A DNA stretch of 52,965 nucleotides from a virus (IMGVR_UViG_3300028743_000008:1-52965), one strand, 5' to 3'; counted from the stretch's first letter, positions 7,133 to 16,280 are shown. The notes: generated by a model from the sequence alone, not told the origin. Program-made: numbers and translations.

Positions 7133-7400
7133 TGTTTATCGTTAAAAGATTGATATGTTTGTGTTAAATAGACTTACTAAGTTTGTAAGTATAGTGCAAA
7201 CTGAGTTCTGGTTTATGTTCGCCTTTTGGATTGTGCCTGTTTGCCATTAAACTGCGCATTTGTGCTAATAGTGTGCAGTGCAGAGTATGACAAGATGGCA
7301 TGTAGGTAGGGGGTAAATGGTTCCGTTTGAAGCAAGTGGGCACACGTAACTATCTGGCTATCAGTTCATTACCCCTTACCCATTGAACCTTTACTTTAAC

Positions 7401-7463
7401 TGACATTTTGTCATGTTGCCATAGTACTGTCATTATGTCATATATCTATCTGTCATTTTGTCA
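7401..7463. repeat. Three 13-bp TG(A/T)CATT(T/A)TGTCA operator-like boxes
   Basis: TGACATTTTGTCA 7401-7413, TGTCATTATGTCA 7428-7440, TGTCATTTTGTCA 7451-7463. Confidence 0.7.
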
Positions 7464-7923
7464 GGTACCTTATTTGGCTCATAGATGCATCACAATGCTA
7501 TACAGTACCCAGATGAATAACTTGTATACCTTTGAGCCTAAACGTTTATAACTCGTACCCAAAAAACCGCGTAGGCTATAAATGTCTGATGGCCTACTCT
7601 GCACAGTGAAAAACTGCATGGTGAAAAATCGGCCCCCCTTTTGGCATTCGGCTAAGGGCCCTACTCTATATTATAATACCCTGTCGCATCCTCGAACATT
7701 TCTAAAATCCTCCTACGAGGCCCCTTAGCTCCTTAGGCCTTCCAGGTAATCCTCCCAAAAAATATAATTGAGTCAAAGGGCCCCCTCATATCAATGTAGC
7801 CCCTGTGCCCAACCCCTTAAAAAATTATTTTGCATCTATCGAAAGAGTATTATACATAAAAAGTGCATATTAATAAGCAAATAAATTGTAACCGCTTGAG
7901 GGTTCAGTTAATTACGTCAATTC

Positions 7924-8260
7924 TGTTTACATTTATTAGTAAAGGAAACAAAGTAAACAATAATAAACAAAGCTTTGTTTACGCTAGCGGCTCTGATAAT
8001 GAGAGAGTTAGACCCCTGTAAACAAAGTAAACAATAAATTAGCAAGAAACACTGATGGAGATATAGATATGCCTCTGAGCAAATGTTAATAAATACAGTG
8101 CCGAAAACAGCGCTAGAGGTTTATAGGAATTATTGTTTACTTTGTTTACGCATAAAATAGGTTGTTTACCCAACAGTCACTTAAAGATATGACACACAAT
8201 GGGTTACACACGATTTGCACCCGATTTTATGCGTAAACAATAAATCGTCTTTGTTTACGC
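7924..8260. repeat. Cluster of GTAAACA/TGTTTAC iterons in nested inverted repeats (candidate replication origin)
   Basis: 18-bp palindrome 7964-7981; 20-bp IR 8018-8037/8130-8149; 17-bp IR 8142-8158/8224-8240; 10-bp IR 8231-8240/8251-8260. Confidence 0.8.
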
Positions 8261-8517
8261 CTTTTTGGTCAACCGTTAAATATTTTACACTATATTAACC
8301 CGCCTTAACTGATTTTCCTTAGCGATTTTGTTGCGCGCTAAATTGCGCACTAAATTACGAGCTTATTTTTCCCCCGATTTTGTTAACAATAAATGACAAT
8401 TTTCTTTTTCACGCTATCAAAAGTTTGTCTGATTCTTTGTTTCTTTGTTTCGATTCCTTTATTCATGGGCTTTTTGGCAAATTTATTGTTTATTTCGTAT
8501 ATTTTCTTGCCTTTTCT

Positions 8518-8548
8518 CTTGTTTCTCCTAAAATAATGCCTATATTTG
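8518..8548 (+). promoter_or_regulatory. Bacteroidota-type promoter for the terminase operon
   Basis: CTTG, 19 nt spacer, TATATTTG (8541-8548), 28 nt upstream of the ATG at 8577. Confidence 0.7.
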
Positions 8549-8576
8549 CCCACATAATATATAAAGGAGTAGACTT

Positions 8577-9293
8577 ATGGCAGACAATATACTAGATAAC
8601 GATATAATGAACCTCTTGCCGCCCCGCGGTGTCTCGCAGGACATGGAGCTCTCTTTGGAGCGAGATCGGCAGCTTAAGAAAGGCAGAGATCGGGAGAAGT
8701 CTCGTATTAACGCCTCTGAGATGGTACGCCTTAAGCTCCGTGAGAAAGAACGGATCAGACAGGAGGAGGTTAAGCAGTCCAGAAGGGATACTGTCAACGA
8801 CAGAGAGGCCGCTGAGCTCGAGAGACGCAAGGAGACGCTACGTACGATAGAGACTATCGACGCCAATCAGCCCGTTGTAGTCCTTCCTAAGGAGGCTGCC
8901 GCTCTGCAAGGTACCTCAAGACCGGATGTCGTTAAGCTGCTCACAGCGCTTAACATCAACCTGAACTTACAGCTCACTAAGAACGACGTAAAGAACTTAA
9001 TCGCATGTCTCATGACGTGTAACGCCACTCAGCTAGATGCCGTCTTCTCTAACGCTAAAACCCCGGTCGTTATTAAGGGCCTGATCAAACGCATCATCGA
9101 CGATGCACGCGTCGGTAATATAGAGACGACCGAGAGGCTATGGGATCGCATATTCGGTAAGGCTGACATGGTACTTGATGTGCCACAGGGCTCAAGCCTC
9201 ATCGAGAAGGGGATATTACCTAATACTCCGGTGTCACGCGAGACCTATGTATTGATACGCGAGACGATCATGGGCCGAGACGACGTTAAGTAA
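8577..9293 (+). CDS. Probable terminase small subunit
   Basis: First gene of the packaging operon; helical; ERLWDRIFGKA motif resembles small terminase C-terminal motifs. Confidence 0.55.
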   Translation: MADNILDNDIMNLLPPRGVSQDMELSLERDRQLKKGRDREKSRINASEMVRLKLREKERIRQEEVKQSRRDTVNDREAAELERRKETLRTIETIDANQPVVVLPKEAAALQGTSRPDVVKLLTALNINLNLQLTKNDVKNLIACLMTCNATQLDAVFSNAKTPVVIKGLIKRIIDDARVGNIETTERLWDRIFGKADMVLDVPQGSSLIEKGILPNTPVSRETYVLIRETIMGRDDVK

Positions 9294-9351
9294 ACTATTG
9301 ATAATCAGTTTGGCCCGGCAGATTCCGGGAGATTTATAAATTCATAAAGTT

Positions 9352-9666
9352 ATGTTCATATTAAGAATCATTGAAGAGGTCAGAGACAACGAGAGTTTGC
9401 CTTTTGATCAAGTTATTGAGAACTTCGAGTTAGGTGCGTCCTACAGTAAACTAAAGAACGGTCATACTAAAGAGTTCGACCGGATCATGGCCGAGAACTA
9501 TCCGGAGACTAACCCGAGCGAAGTAGATGCTCTTGTCATAGGTGATAACGGTATGGAGTTCTTCATCCAACCTAATACTCCACTTCGTGAGTACTCTTAC
9601 TTTATTATGTCCGAGAGTGGTAAGACTTTGGAGCGCATAACTGCGACGATACCTCCTACAGTATAA
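9352..9666 (+). CDS. Hypothetical protein
   Basis: 104 aa with an AT-rich leader. Confidence 0.7.
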   Translation: MFILRIIEEVRDNESLPFDQVIENFELGASYSKLKNGHTKEFDRIMAENYPETNPSEVDALVIGDNGMEFFIQPNTPLREYSYFIMSESGKTLERITATIPPTV

Positions 9667-9733
9667 GTATAACCGGATGGCTACCCCGGGTCGTGTTTCA
9701 TGGCCCCCGGCGGTTCTCCTAATACATAAGATC

Positions 9734-9814
9734 ATGAGACTAGATAATTTTTTAGGGCTGTACTTCTTAATAGTCGTGATAGCCGTTATTGTTATATTGC
9801 TCATCGGAGCTTAA
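9734..9814 (+). CDS. 26-aa single-TM peptide (MRLDNFLGLYFLIVVIAVIVILLIGA)
   Basis: Translated by hand; preceded by the same TAATACATAAGATC leader as the next gene. Confidence 0.55.
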   Translation: MRLDNFLGLYFLIVVIAVIVILLIGA

Positions 9815-9825
9815 TACATAAGATC

Positions 9826-10143
9826 GTGGAACCAATAGCCAAAGAAGATTTACACCTAGCAGAGGCCCCCCGTAGAGCCTTCTGCCAAATGATTAATGCC
9901 CGGTTGAGCGAGATTGCTGAGATCAAGGCTAATTATAAGAACATCTGGGGGACACTCCGTGAAGGTGATCGAGTTAGTATCCGGGTGAGCCCCGGGGAGA
10001 AGAGGGTAGACTGCGTAGTTAGCGATGTCGGTCTGGATAACGCCCTTCGCTTCCATTACGTATTTAGGCTCGTTAAGCAAGACGGTACTATTTCTCGTCG
10101 TGAGGTTCATACTTATTCGGATAGTATAATAGAGAAGATATGA
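9826..10143 (+). CDS. Hypothetical protein (GTG start)
   Basis: 105 aa; ATGA overlap with the next gene. Confidence 0.65.
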   Translation: MEPIAKEDLHLAEAPRRAFCQMINARLSEIAEIKANYKNIWGTLREGDRVSIRVSPGEKRVDCVVSDVGLDNALRFHYVFRLVKQDGTISRREVHTYSDSIIEKI

Positions 10144-10634
10144 AACGGGTATATCAAAGAATAGTAGATAAGGGTCATGGAGATTGCATGCAAGCCTCCG
10201 TGGCCTCCCTTTTTGAGGATGAATATGAGAATGTTCCTAACTTTATTGAGCATGAAAATTGGTTTGATCTTTTTGAGACCTACATAAAGTCAAAAGGGTA
10301 TGAGTTTGATGGGATGCTGCATAACATGGCATGGAATATTTTATCTAATCCCACCAGAGAATGCTTTGAATATATCGAGTTCGTAGATTCACAGATTATA
10401 TCAAAGTTAAATATTGATGCGGAGCCCGGCGTAGAGGGACTATTCTTATGCTCTGTCCTATCGCCGAAGTACTTTACGTGGGAGCACATGGGAACTCACA
10501 TGGTAATTTGCGACAGAGAATTTAATATTGTTCATGACCCTAATAAGGAGTATCGGGATATTGAAGCCTATCCCCTATCATCTATCCTTGGATACCACGG
10601 TATTATCAATATCACGACATTCAAAAAGATATGA
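10140..10634 (+). CDS. Papain-fold / C39-like peptidase-like protein
   Basis: GDCMQASVASL, THMVI and VHDPN give an ordered Cys-His-Asp triad. Confidence 0.6.
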   Translation: MKRVYQRIVDKGHGDCMQASVASLFEDEYENVPNFIEHENWFDLFETYIKSKGYEFDGMLHNMAWNILSNPTRECFEYIEFVDSQIISKLNIDAEPGVEGLFLCSVLSPKYFTWEHMGTHMVICDREFNIVHDPNKEYRDIEAYPLSSILGYHGIINITTFKKI

Positions 10635-12181
10635 GAGAAACTTTACAGGATATACAGGACCGAGCAAGACCCGCGTTAACCGACGGCCTATCAGCAAAGG
10701 AGATGATGAAGATCGAGATGTTATCGTCTTTCGAGTCCTTTACTCGTGTCATGTTCAAGGCTCAGTATGGTAGACGGTTTATAGTGAACCGTCACCACCG
10801 GGCTATGTTCAAGGCGCTACAGGACGTTGTCGACGGTAAGTGCACCCGACTCATTATTAATATGCCACCGCGTTATTCTAAAACGGAGGTGGCTATTAAG
10901 AACTTTACCGACTACGGTTACGCTCTGAACCCTAAGTGTAAGTTTCTTCATCTATCGTATTCTGACCTTTTGGTAACGGATAACTCCAACACTATTAGGG
11001 AGGGCATGAAGTTGCCTATTTACCGTGAACTCTTTCCCGACTCAGCCCTTGAGCATGACAAAGGATCGGCCACTCGATGGAAGACCGCTAAAGGCGGAGA
11101 GTTCTATGCTGTATCTACACAGGGTCAGGTTACCGGATTTGGTGCAGGTAACTTAGAGGAGGACGATACGAAGACTCTTAGTGAGGCAGAGCTATCTTAT
11201 GACAAGTATGTAAACGAACTACTAGGGTTTGCAGGAGCTACTCAGGGCGTCTTCCAGGGCGCCATACTGATAGATGATCCTATCAAGCCCGAGGATGCCG
11301 CATCCGATCTGGTCAGAGAACGGATCAACTTACGTTTCGAGACCACTATCCGTAACCGTGTGAACTCAAGGAAGACGCCTATTATCATTATCATGCAACG
11401 CCTGGATGATCATGACCTGTGTGGCTACCTTAAAGAGATCGAGCCGGATAAATGGACGGTCCTATCGCTCCCGGCCATCTACACAGATGAGAACGGTGAG
11501 GAAAAAGCTCTTTGGGAGATGAAGCATACGCTATCGGAGCTAAAGGACTTACGACGCATTGACGAGTATAACTTTGACACTCAGTACATGCAGGACCCCA
11601 CGCCTAAGAAGGGCCTTATGTATCAGGAGGGCTTTGGTACGTATAAACCCGAGCAGTTGCCTAGGTTGTCTACTCGGTCCTGGAACTATACGGATACGGC
11701 CGATACGGGTAAGGATAACCTATGCTCTATTTGTTTCATAGATACGCCCGAGTATGCTTATGTTACGGACATATTATTCACAGATGCTTCTATGGAGGTC
11801 ACGGAGCCTCAGCAGGCTCAGATGTTCTCTAAGAACAAGACTACGCTCAGTGAGATCGAGTCTAATAACGGTGGCCGGGGATACGCGCGAGCGGTGAAGA
11901 AGCTTCTCAGGGTAGCCCACATATTCCGTTGTATAATCCGTACGTTCACCCAGACGCAAAATAAGCAGTCCCGTATATTTAGTAACTCAGCCGGAGTGAT
12001 GAACGATATACTATTCCCCGAAGATTGGGCAACCCGTTGGCCGGAGTTCTACAGGGCTATTATGAAGTACAAGAAGAAGCAAGGTAATCAGCCTGATGAT
12101 GCGCCAGATGCTTTGACCGGAGTGTATGAGATGCACATATCTAAGGTGTTTAGGCGAGGGGGCGTAAGAAGAACGAATTAA
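10631..12181 (+). CDS. terL: Terminase large subunit
   Basis: INMPPRYSKT Walker A, ILIDDPIK Walker B, IIMQR motif, nuclease acidic residues (YTDTA, PDDAPDALT). Confidence 0.95.
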   Translation: MRETLQDIQDRARPALTDGLSAKEMMKIEMLSSFESFTRVMFKAQYGRRFIVNRHHRAMFKALQDVVDGKCTRLIINMPPRYSKTEVAIKNFTDYGYALNPKCKFLHLSYSDLLVTDNSNTIREGMKLPIYRELFPDSALEHDKGSATRWKTAKGGEFYAVSTQGQVTGFGAGNLEEDDTKTLSEAELSYDKYVNELLGFAGATQGVFQGAILIDDPIKPEDAASDLVRERINLRFETTIRNRVNSRKTPIIIIMQRLDDHDLCGYLKEIEPDKWTVLSLPAIYTDENGEEKALWEMKHTLSELKDLRRIDEYNFDTQYMQDPTPKKGLMYQEGFGTYKPEQLPRLSTRSWNYTDTADTGKDNLCSICFIDTPEYAYVTDILFTDASMEVTEPQQAQMFSKNKTTLSEIESNNGGRGYARAVKKLLRVAHIFRCIIRTFTQTQNKQSRIFSNSAGVMNDILFPEDWATRWPEFYRAIMKYKKKQGNQPDDAPDALTGVYEMHISKVFRRGGVRRTN

Positions 12182-12230
12182 ATAAAGTTAAATATTCTTC
12201 TGAGTAGTATTTTCGGTCGAGAATAAACAC

Positions 12231-12238
12231 TATCTTTG
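12231..12238 (+). promoter_or_regulatory. Bacteroidota -7 promoter element ahead of the structural genes
   Basis: TATCTTTG in the intergenic gap; -33 element is weak. Confidence 0.55.
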
Positions 12239-12271
12239 GTTCCGTAAAGTATAATTTAAAATTAAGAGATT

Positions 12272-12916
12272 ATGGGTCTAATGTGTGGGTGCCCCTTAGG
12301 AGCACATCTCGACGACTTACCTATTCCCGCTTGCGAGGAGTCCATAGGACAAATCCAGAAAGTAATAATCCAAAGGATTTTTAAAACGGGAACTACAAAG
12401 AATAGCATTGCCACACCTGGCGTGCTAGCCTCTTGGACTCCGCTTCTTTCAGCCGCAGACGGTTCGAAAGTAATTGTGAGTCCTTATATAATGGGGCCTA
12501 CGTCCGAAGCGGGCGCCGCCAAAACTTTTGGTGGAGGTAACAATACCCTTGGAGGTATCGAAATGATTGTGGGTCGCGACCCGAGTACATTCACTTGTAA
12601 CATGTATAATCAGAAACAATCTGTGATTGCCATTTTGAAAAAGTACATGTGTGAAAACGTAGGTGTATTCCTGATTGACGACGCAGGCCGTATTGGCGGA
12701 TTAGCTGACGACTTAACCACTCCTACCAAATACTTCCCGATTCCAATCGGTAAGTTCTTCGTCGGTGATAAAAAAGCTGGCGGATTTGAGGAACCGGACG
12801 CTAACGTAATGAGTTGGGATTTCTATCCTAATTGGTCTGACAAGTTTACGCTTGTTACTCCAACAGACTTCAACCCGTTGACGGACTTGGCTAACGCTAC
12901 ATCCGTAGGCGCTTAA
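12272..12916 (+). CDS. Virion structural protein, probable major tail (tube) protein
   Basis: 214 aa, beta-rich; MGLMCGCP..GQIQKV N-terminus resembles structural proteins of Bacteroides siphoviruses as I recall them; no other tail tube candidate is evident. Confidence 0.6.
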   Translation: MGLMCGCPLGAHLDDLPIPACEESIGQIQKVIIQRIFKTGTTKNSIATPGVLASWTPLLSAADGSKVIVSPYIMGPTSEAGAAKTFGGGNNTLGGIEMIVGRDPSTFTCNMYNQKQSVIAILKKYMCENVGVFLIDDAGRIGGLADDLTTPTKYFPIPIGKFFVGDKKAGGFEEPDANVMSWDFYPNWSDKFTLVTPTDFNPLTDLANATSVGA

Positions 12917-12930
12917 AAACAAAAAGGACT

Positions 12931-13191
12931 ATGATTGATAAGATAACACTTTTCAGCGAAAGTCTGGATGAGTCTAGGGACTTCGATGCGTCACACGCGT
13001 CGAGGCTCCTTTCTCTTGATAATGGCGGGGGATGGTCCCTACCAAAAAACTCCCCTTATACATTTGTGAATGGCAGCTTTAGAACTAGTTCAAATCAAAG
13101 AAATACTGCAAAAGCCCCAGAAGAGTCAGTCAATAAGGACAGCGATTCTTCAACAGGCTCGAGTGAGGTTTCACACGGAGACGAACTATGA
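12931..13191 (+). CDS. Small protein overlapping the portal start
   Basis: Good leader; HASRLL..GGGWSLP motif; 122-nt out-of-frame overlap with the portal. Confidence 0.6.
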   Translation: MIDKITLFSESLDESRDFDASHASRLLSLDNGGGWSLPKNSPYTFVNGSFRTSSNQRNTAKAPEESVNKDSDSSTGSSEVSHGDEL

Positions 13192-14881
13192 TAGTTCATC
13201 TGTAACAATACCGACAACCATCTTTTTGAATTGGGTGAAGGCTTTGTTACCGAAGGACAAATATAACGTCTTCTTGCATTTATTCAAATTTCCCCTACAG
13301 ACTCCTAGTATTATAGAGAATGTGTACAGGGAGTTAGGGCGCGTATTCGAGTCCCGGAACTCTGCGTTTGCTTATCAGTTCAGTCAGACTGAGTATGATG
13401 AGGATTGGAGAGACTATAGGCAGAATAAGCTCAATGAACCTAATGTATGGAAGACCGTAGGCTGGCAGCACCTTAAGACCGCCCCAAACAGCATACTGAT
13501 CGTGGATATTCCTCCGGTTCAGTCTACGTTGAGGCCGGAGCCTTATTTCTATTGGCTAAATATAGAGGATGTAATTGATTACGATGTTCAGTGTGATGGA
13601 ACCACTTTGAATTGGATCGCGTTTAGGCAGCCGGGTAATGTGGTTGCTGTTTTTGACGATACCTTTTATAGAACCTTTCAATTAGCCCCCGGCAGTAACG
13701 GGATCATGGAGATTCAGAGTCAATTGACCGAATCAGCCCATGAGTTAGGTTATTGCCCGGCCAGATTCTTTTGGTCCACTCCTATTAACGAGTGCGAAAA
13801 GGATATTAAGAAAAACCCTATATTCAAGGAATTGTCTACGCTCGATTGGCTTTTGTATTTCTCTATTTCTAAACAGCATTTGGACTTATATGCTCCCTAT
13901 CCTATTGTCAGCACTTACGCGTCTGAATGTCATTACGAGAACACGGAAACGGGCTCCTTCTGTGATGGCGGATTTCTCCGTAACGAGAATGGGGATTACA
14001 TAGTTCATAGGGATAATACCCTTGAACCATGCCCCTTATGCAGTCATAAGAGGCTGGTAGGACCGGGATCGACCCTTGAAGTGCCTATACCTTCTCAGAC
14101 TGAGGGTATTGCGGATTTAGGTAATCCGGTTCATATTACGACTATTGATGCCGACTCCTTAAAGTATAACGTATCTGAGGTTGAAAGATTAGAGGATAGA
14201 GTTATTCTGTCTCTCGTTGGCACGGGAGGTGCTTCGGCAGTTAGTCAGAAGGAAGCTATAAACGAAACACAGGTGGCCGCTAACTTCGAGTCTAAGACTT
14301 CTGTATTAATGTCCTTGAAGTCCAACTTCGAGGCTGCGCAGAAGTTTGTAGAAGACACGATCTGTCGTCTTCGTTACGGGAGTGACTTTATTTCCTCAGC
14401 GGTTAGTTGGGGAACAGAGTTCTATGTATTCACTATAGGAGAACTTTATAGTAAATTCGGGGAGGCTAAGACTAATGGAGCCTCATCTTCTGAGTTAAGC
14501 GCTATCGCCAATCAGATACTTGAGGTCGAGTATAAGGATAATCCTCTGGTGTTAAGAAGGATGCAGATTCTCAAGCAACTTGAGCCCTATCCGCACTTAA
14601 CTCTGGATGAAATGTTAAATCTATCTAAATTAGGTATACTTAATCAGATGGATGCAGTATTAAAAATAAATTTTGCTACTTTTGTCGATAGGTTCGAACG
14701 CGAGAACATAAACATTCTTGAGTTCGGAAGAGATATAAAGTTTAGCGATAAAATAGATAAAATTAAAACAGTATTGTATGAGTACGCCAAAGAAAAACAA
14801 CAGCAAGAGCAAATCGGAGCTCCTAGCCCTCAAACAGGAGCTGGAAGCGAGCAAAGCCCGGCTGCTTCAAATCAAGAGTGA
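13070..14881 (+). CDS. Portal protein
   Basis: 603 aa between terminase and scaffold/capsid; HELGYCPARFFW motif typical of portals. Confidence 0.8.
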   Translation: MAALELVQIKEILQKPQKSQSIRTAILQQARVRFHTETNYDSSSVTIPTTIFLNWVKALLPKDKYNVFLHLFKFPLQTPSIIENVYRELGRVFESRNSAFAYQFSQTEYDEDWRDYRQNKLNEPNVWKTVGWQHLKTAPNSILIVDIPPVQSTLRPEPYFYWLNIEDVIDYDVQCDGTTLNWIAFRQPGNVVAVFDDTFYRTFQLAPGSNGIMEIQSQLTESAHELGYCPARFFWSTPINECEKDIKKNPIFKELSTLDWLLYFSISKQHLDLYAPYPIVSTYASECHYENTETGSFCDGGFLRNENGDYIVHRDNTLEPCPLCSHKRLVGPGSTLEVPIPSQTEGIADLGNPVHITTIDADSLKYNVSEVERLEDRVILSLVGTGGASAVSQKEAINETQVAANFESKTSVLMSLKSNFEAAQKFVEDTICRLRYGSDFISSAVSWGTEFYVFTIGELYSKFGEAKTNGASSSELSAIANQILEVEYKDNPLVLRRMQILKQLEPYPHLTLDEMLNLSKLGILNQMDAVLKINFATFVDRFERENINILEFGRDIKFSDKIDKIKTVLYEYAKEKQQQEQIGAPSPQTGAGSEQSPAASNQE

Positions 14882-15329
14882 GAGTCCTGACGGCTTAAGT
14901 GATGAGCAACAGGAACAGTTAACGGATGTAGTATCAAACTTAGCTGACGTTGAGGATGAAATCGAGGGGCTTCCTAAAGAAGTAAAAGCCGTCGATACAG
15001 TCGCAAAAGAAGCTCTGGTACAAGTTACCGCAGATAAGATTGAGATTGCCCGATTGAAAGCCGCGCTTGAAGAAGCAAAGGCTCATCCTGTAGAGGCTCA
15101 AATCAGTAAAGCCGAGGAAGACTTTAAGTTAGAGACCGGATGCGAACAGTTTGTTCATGCCCTTATTTTTAGAGGGACAGGACGCTTTAACCGGAACACA
15201 GGGAAGGCCATAAGAGAGCCTTACGTGCAAAGATTTACCAGAGGCGAATGGGACTTGTTTCAGAAACATGCCAAAAGCTTAGGTTACGTTATCGACAAAG
15301 TATTACACAACCCTTTTGAAACCAAATAA
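14778..15329 (+). CDS. Head-associated hypothetical protein (acidic coiled coil plus C-terminal domain)
   Basis: 183 aa; overlaps the portal C-terminus and ends 3 nt before the scaffold gene. Confidence 0.7.
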   Translation: MSTPKKNNSKSKSELLALKQELEASKARLLQIKSESPDGLSDEQQEQLTDVVSNLADVEDEIEGLPKEVKAVDTVAKEALVQVTADKIEIARLKAALEEAKAHPVEAQISKAEEDFKLETGCEQFVHALIFRGTGRFNRNTGKAIREPYVQRFTRGEWDLFQKHAKSLGYVIDKVLHNPFETK

Positions 15330-15332
15330 GAG

Positions 15333-16280
15333 ATGTTAACCGAAGAGATTATAAGTGGGATACCCGTATTAAAGGATTTAACTCCCGAACAAAAAGCAGC
15401 AATCGTCGAAACTAGTAAAAACGACGAGACTTCTGTAATTGCTAAAACTATCGGGGGCCTACACGGGCAGTACGATACCGACGTATTAACTACGTCGGGA
15501 ATAGCAAAAAAAGAAGGTGAAAAATCCTACGACTATACTAAAAGGGTAATCGAAGCCCTGAAAGTCAAAGCCGAGGGAACAAAGGAAATTAACAGTCAAC
15601 TCGAAGCTCTGAAAGCCGAAAAGTTAGACTTGGAAAATAAGATCAAAGCGGGTTCGCAAGACGAGACATTGAAGCAACAGTTAAACGACGCTACTGCCCA
15701 GGTGAAACAGATGCAAGCCGCGCTTACTGAGAAAGAAACTACTTTAGCTCAACAGAAGACAGAGTTTGACTCTAAGTTGAAAGACTTTAAGTTTGATGCT
15801 GAGTTCGGTAAAGCGGTTTCCGGTATCAAATTTAAACCGGGCATGGACGACAAAGAGATAAGAGAAGCTCTTTTAGAAAATGCAAAGGCTCAGGTTAAGG
15901 CAATGGGGACTCCCGAGTTCATTAATAAAAATGGCGAGGATGTTCTTGTTATCCGGGATAAAGACGGAAACGTCTTGTATAACCCACAAAATAACCTAAA
16001 GGAGTATACCCTATCGGAACTTCTTACTACTAAAACAGCTTTGGCTAAGGCTATTGATGCCGGTAGAGAAGGAGCAGGTGCTGGAACAGGGGCCAATCCT
16101 CAGGGGAAGGGAGCCGGAAGTCTTATCAACATAGCCTCAGCTAAGACTCAGGTCGAAGCTGATGAGATGATAAGCAAGTATTTGGGTGAGCAGGGCATAT
16201 CTAGTATTGATCCGGCTTATTCAGCTAAATCCTTAGAGATTAGACAAGAGAACAAGGTAGGTGAACTACCAATTAAGTAA
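15333..16280 (+). CDS. Capsid scaffolding protein
   Basis: K/E/Q-rich coiled coil with a GAGAGTG linker, directly upstream of the capsid gene. Confidence 0.75.
   Translation: MLTEEIISGIPVLKDLTPEQKAAIVETSKNDETSVIAKTIGGLHGQYDTDVLTTSGIAKKEGEKSYDYTKRVIEALKVKAEGTKEINSQLEALKAEKLDLENKIKAGSQDETLKQQLNDATAQVKQMQAALTEKETTLAQQKTEFDSKLKDFKFDAEFGKAVSGIKFKPGMDDKEIREALLENAKAQVKAMGTPEFINKNGEDVLVIRDKDGNVLYNPQNNLKEYTLSELLTTKTALAKAIDAGREGAGAGTGANPQGKGAGSLINIASAKTQVEADEMISKYLGEQGISSIDPAYSAKSLEIRQENKVGELPIK

Noticed and set aside
7022-8576. tRNA or known structured RNA genes in the long intergenic region
   Set aside because: No T-loop GTTCRA cloverleaf or recognisable riboswitch consensus by eye; an Infernal/Rfam scan would be needed to exclude them fully
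8380-8595. 71 aa Phe-rich ORF
   Set aside because: TTG start in a T-rich promoter region that overlaps the terminase promoter; composition reflects the DNA, not a protein
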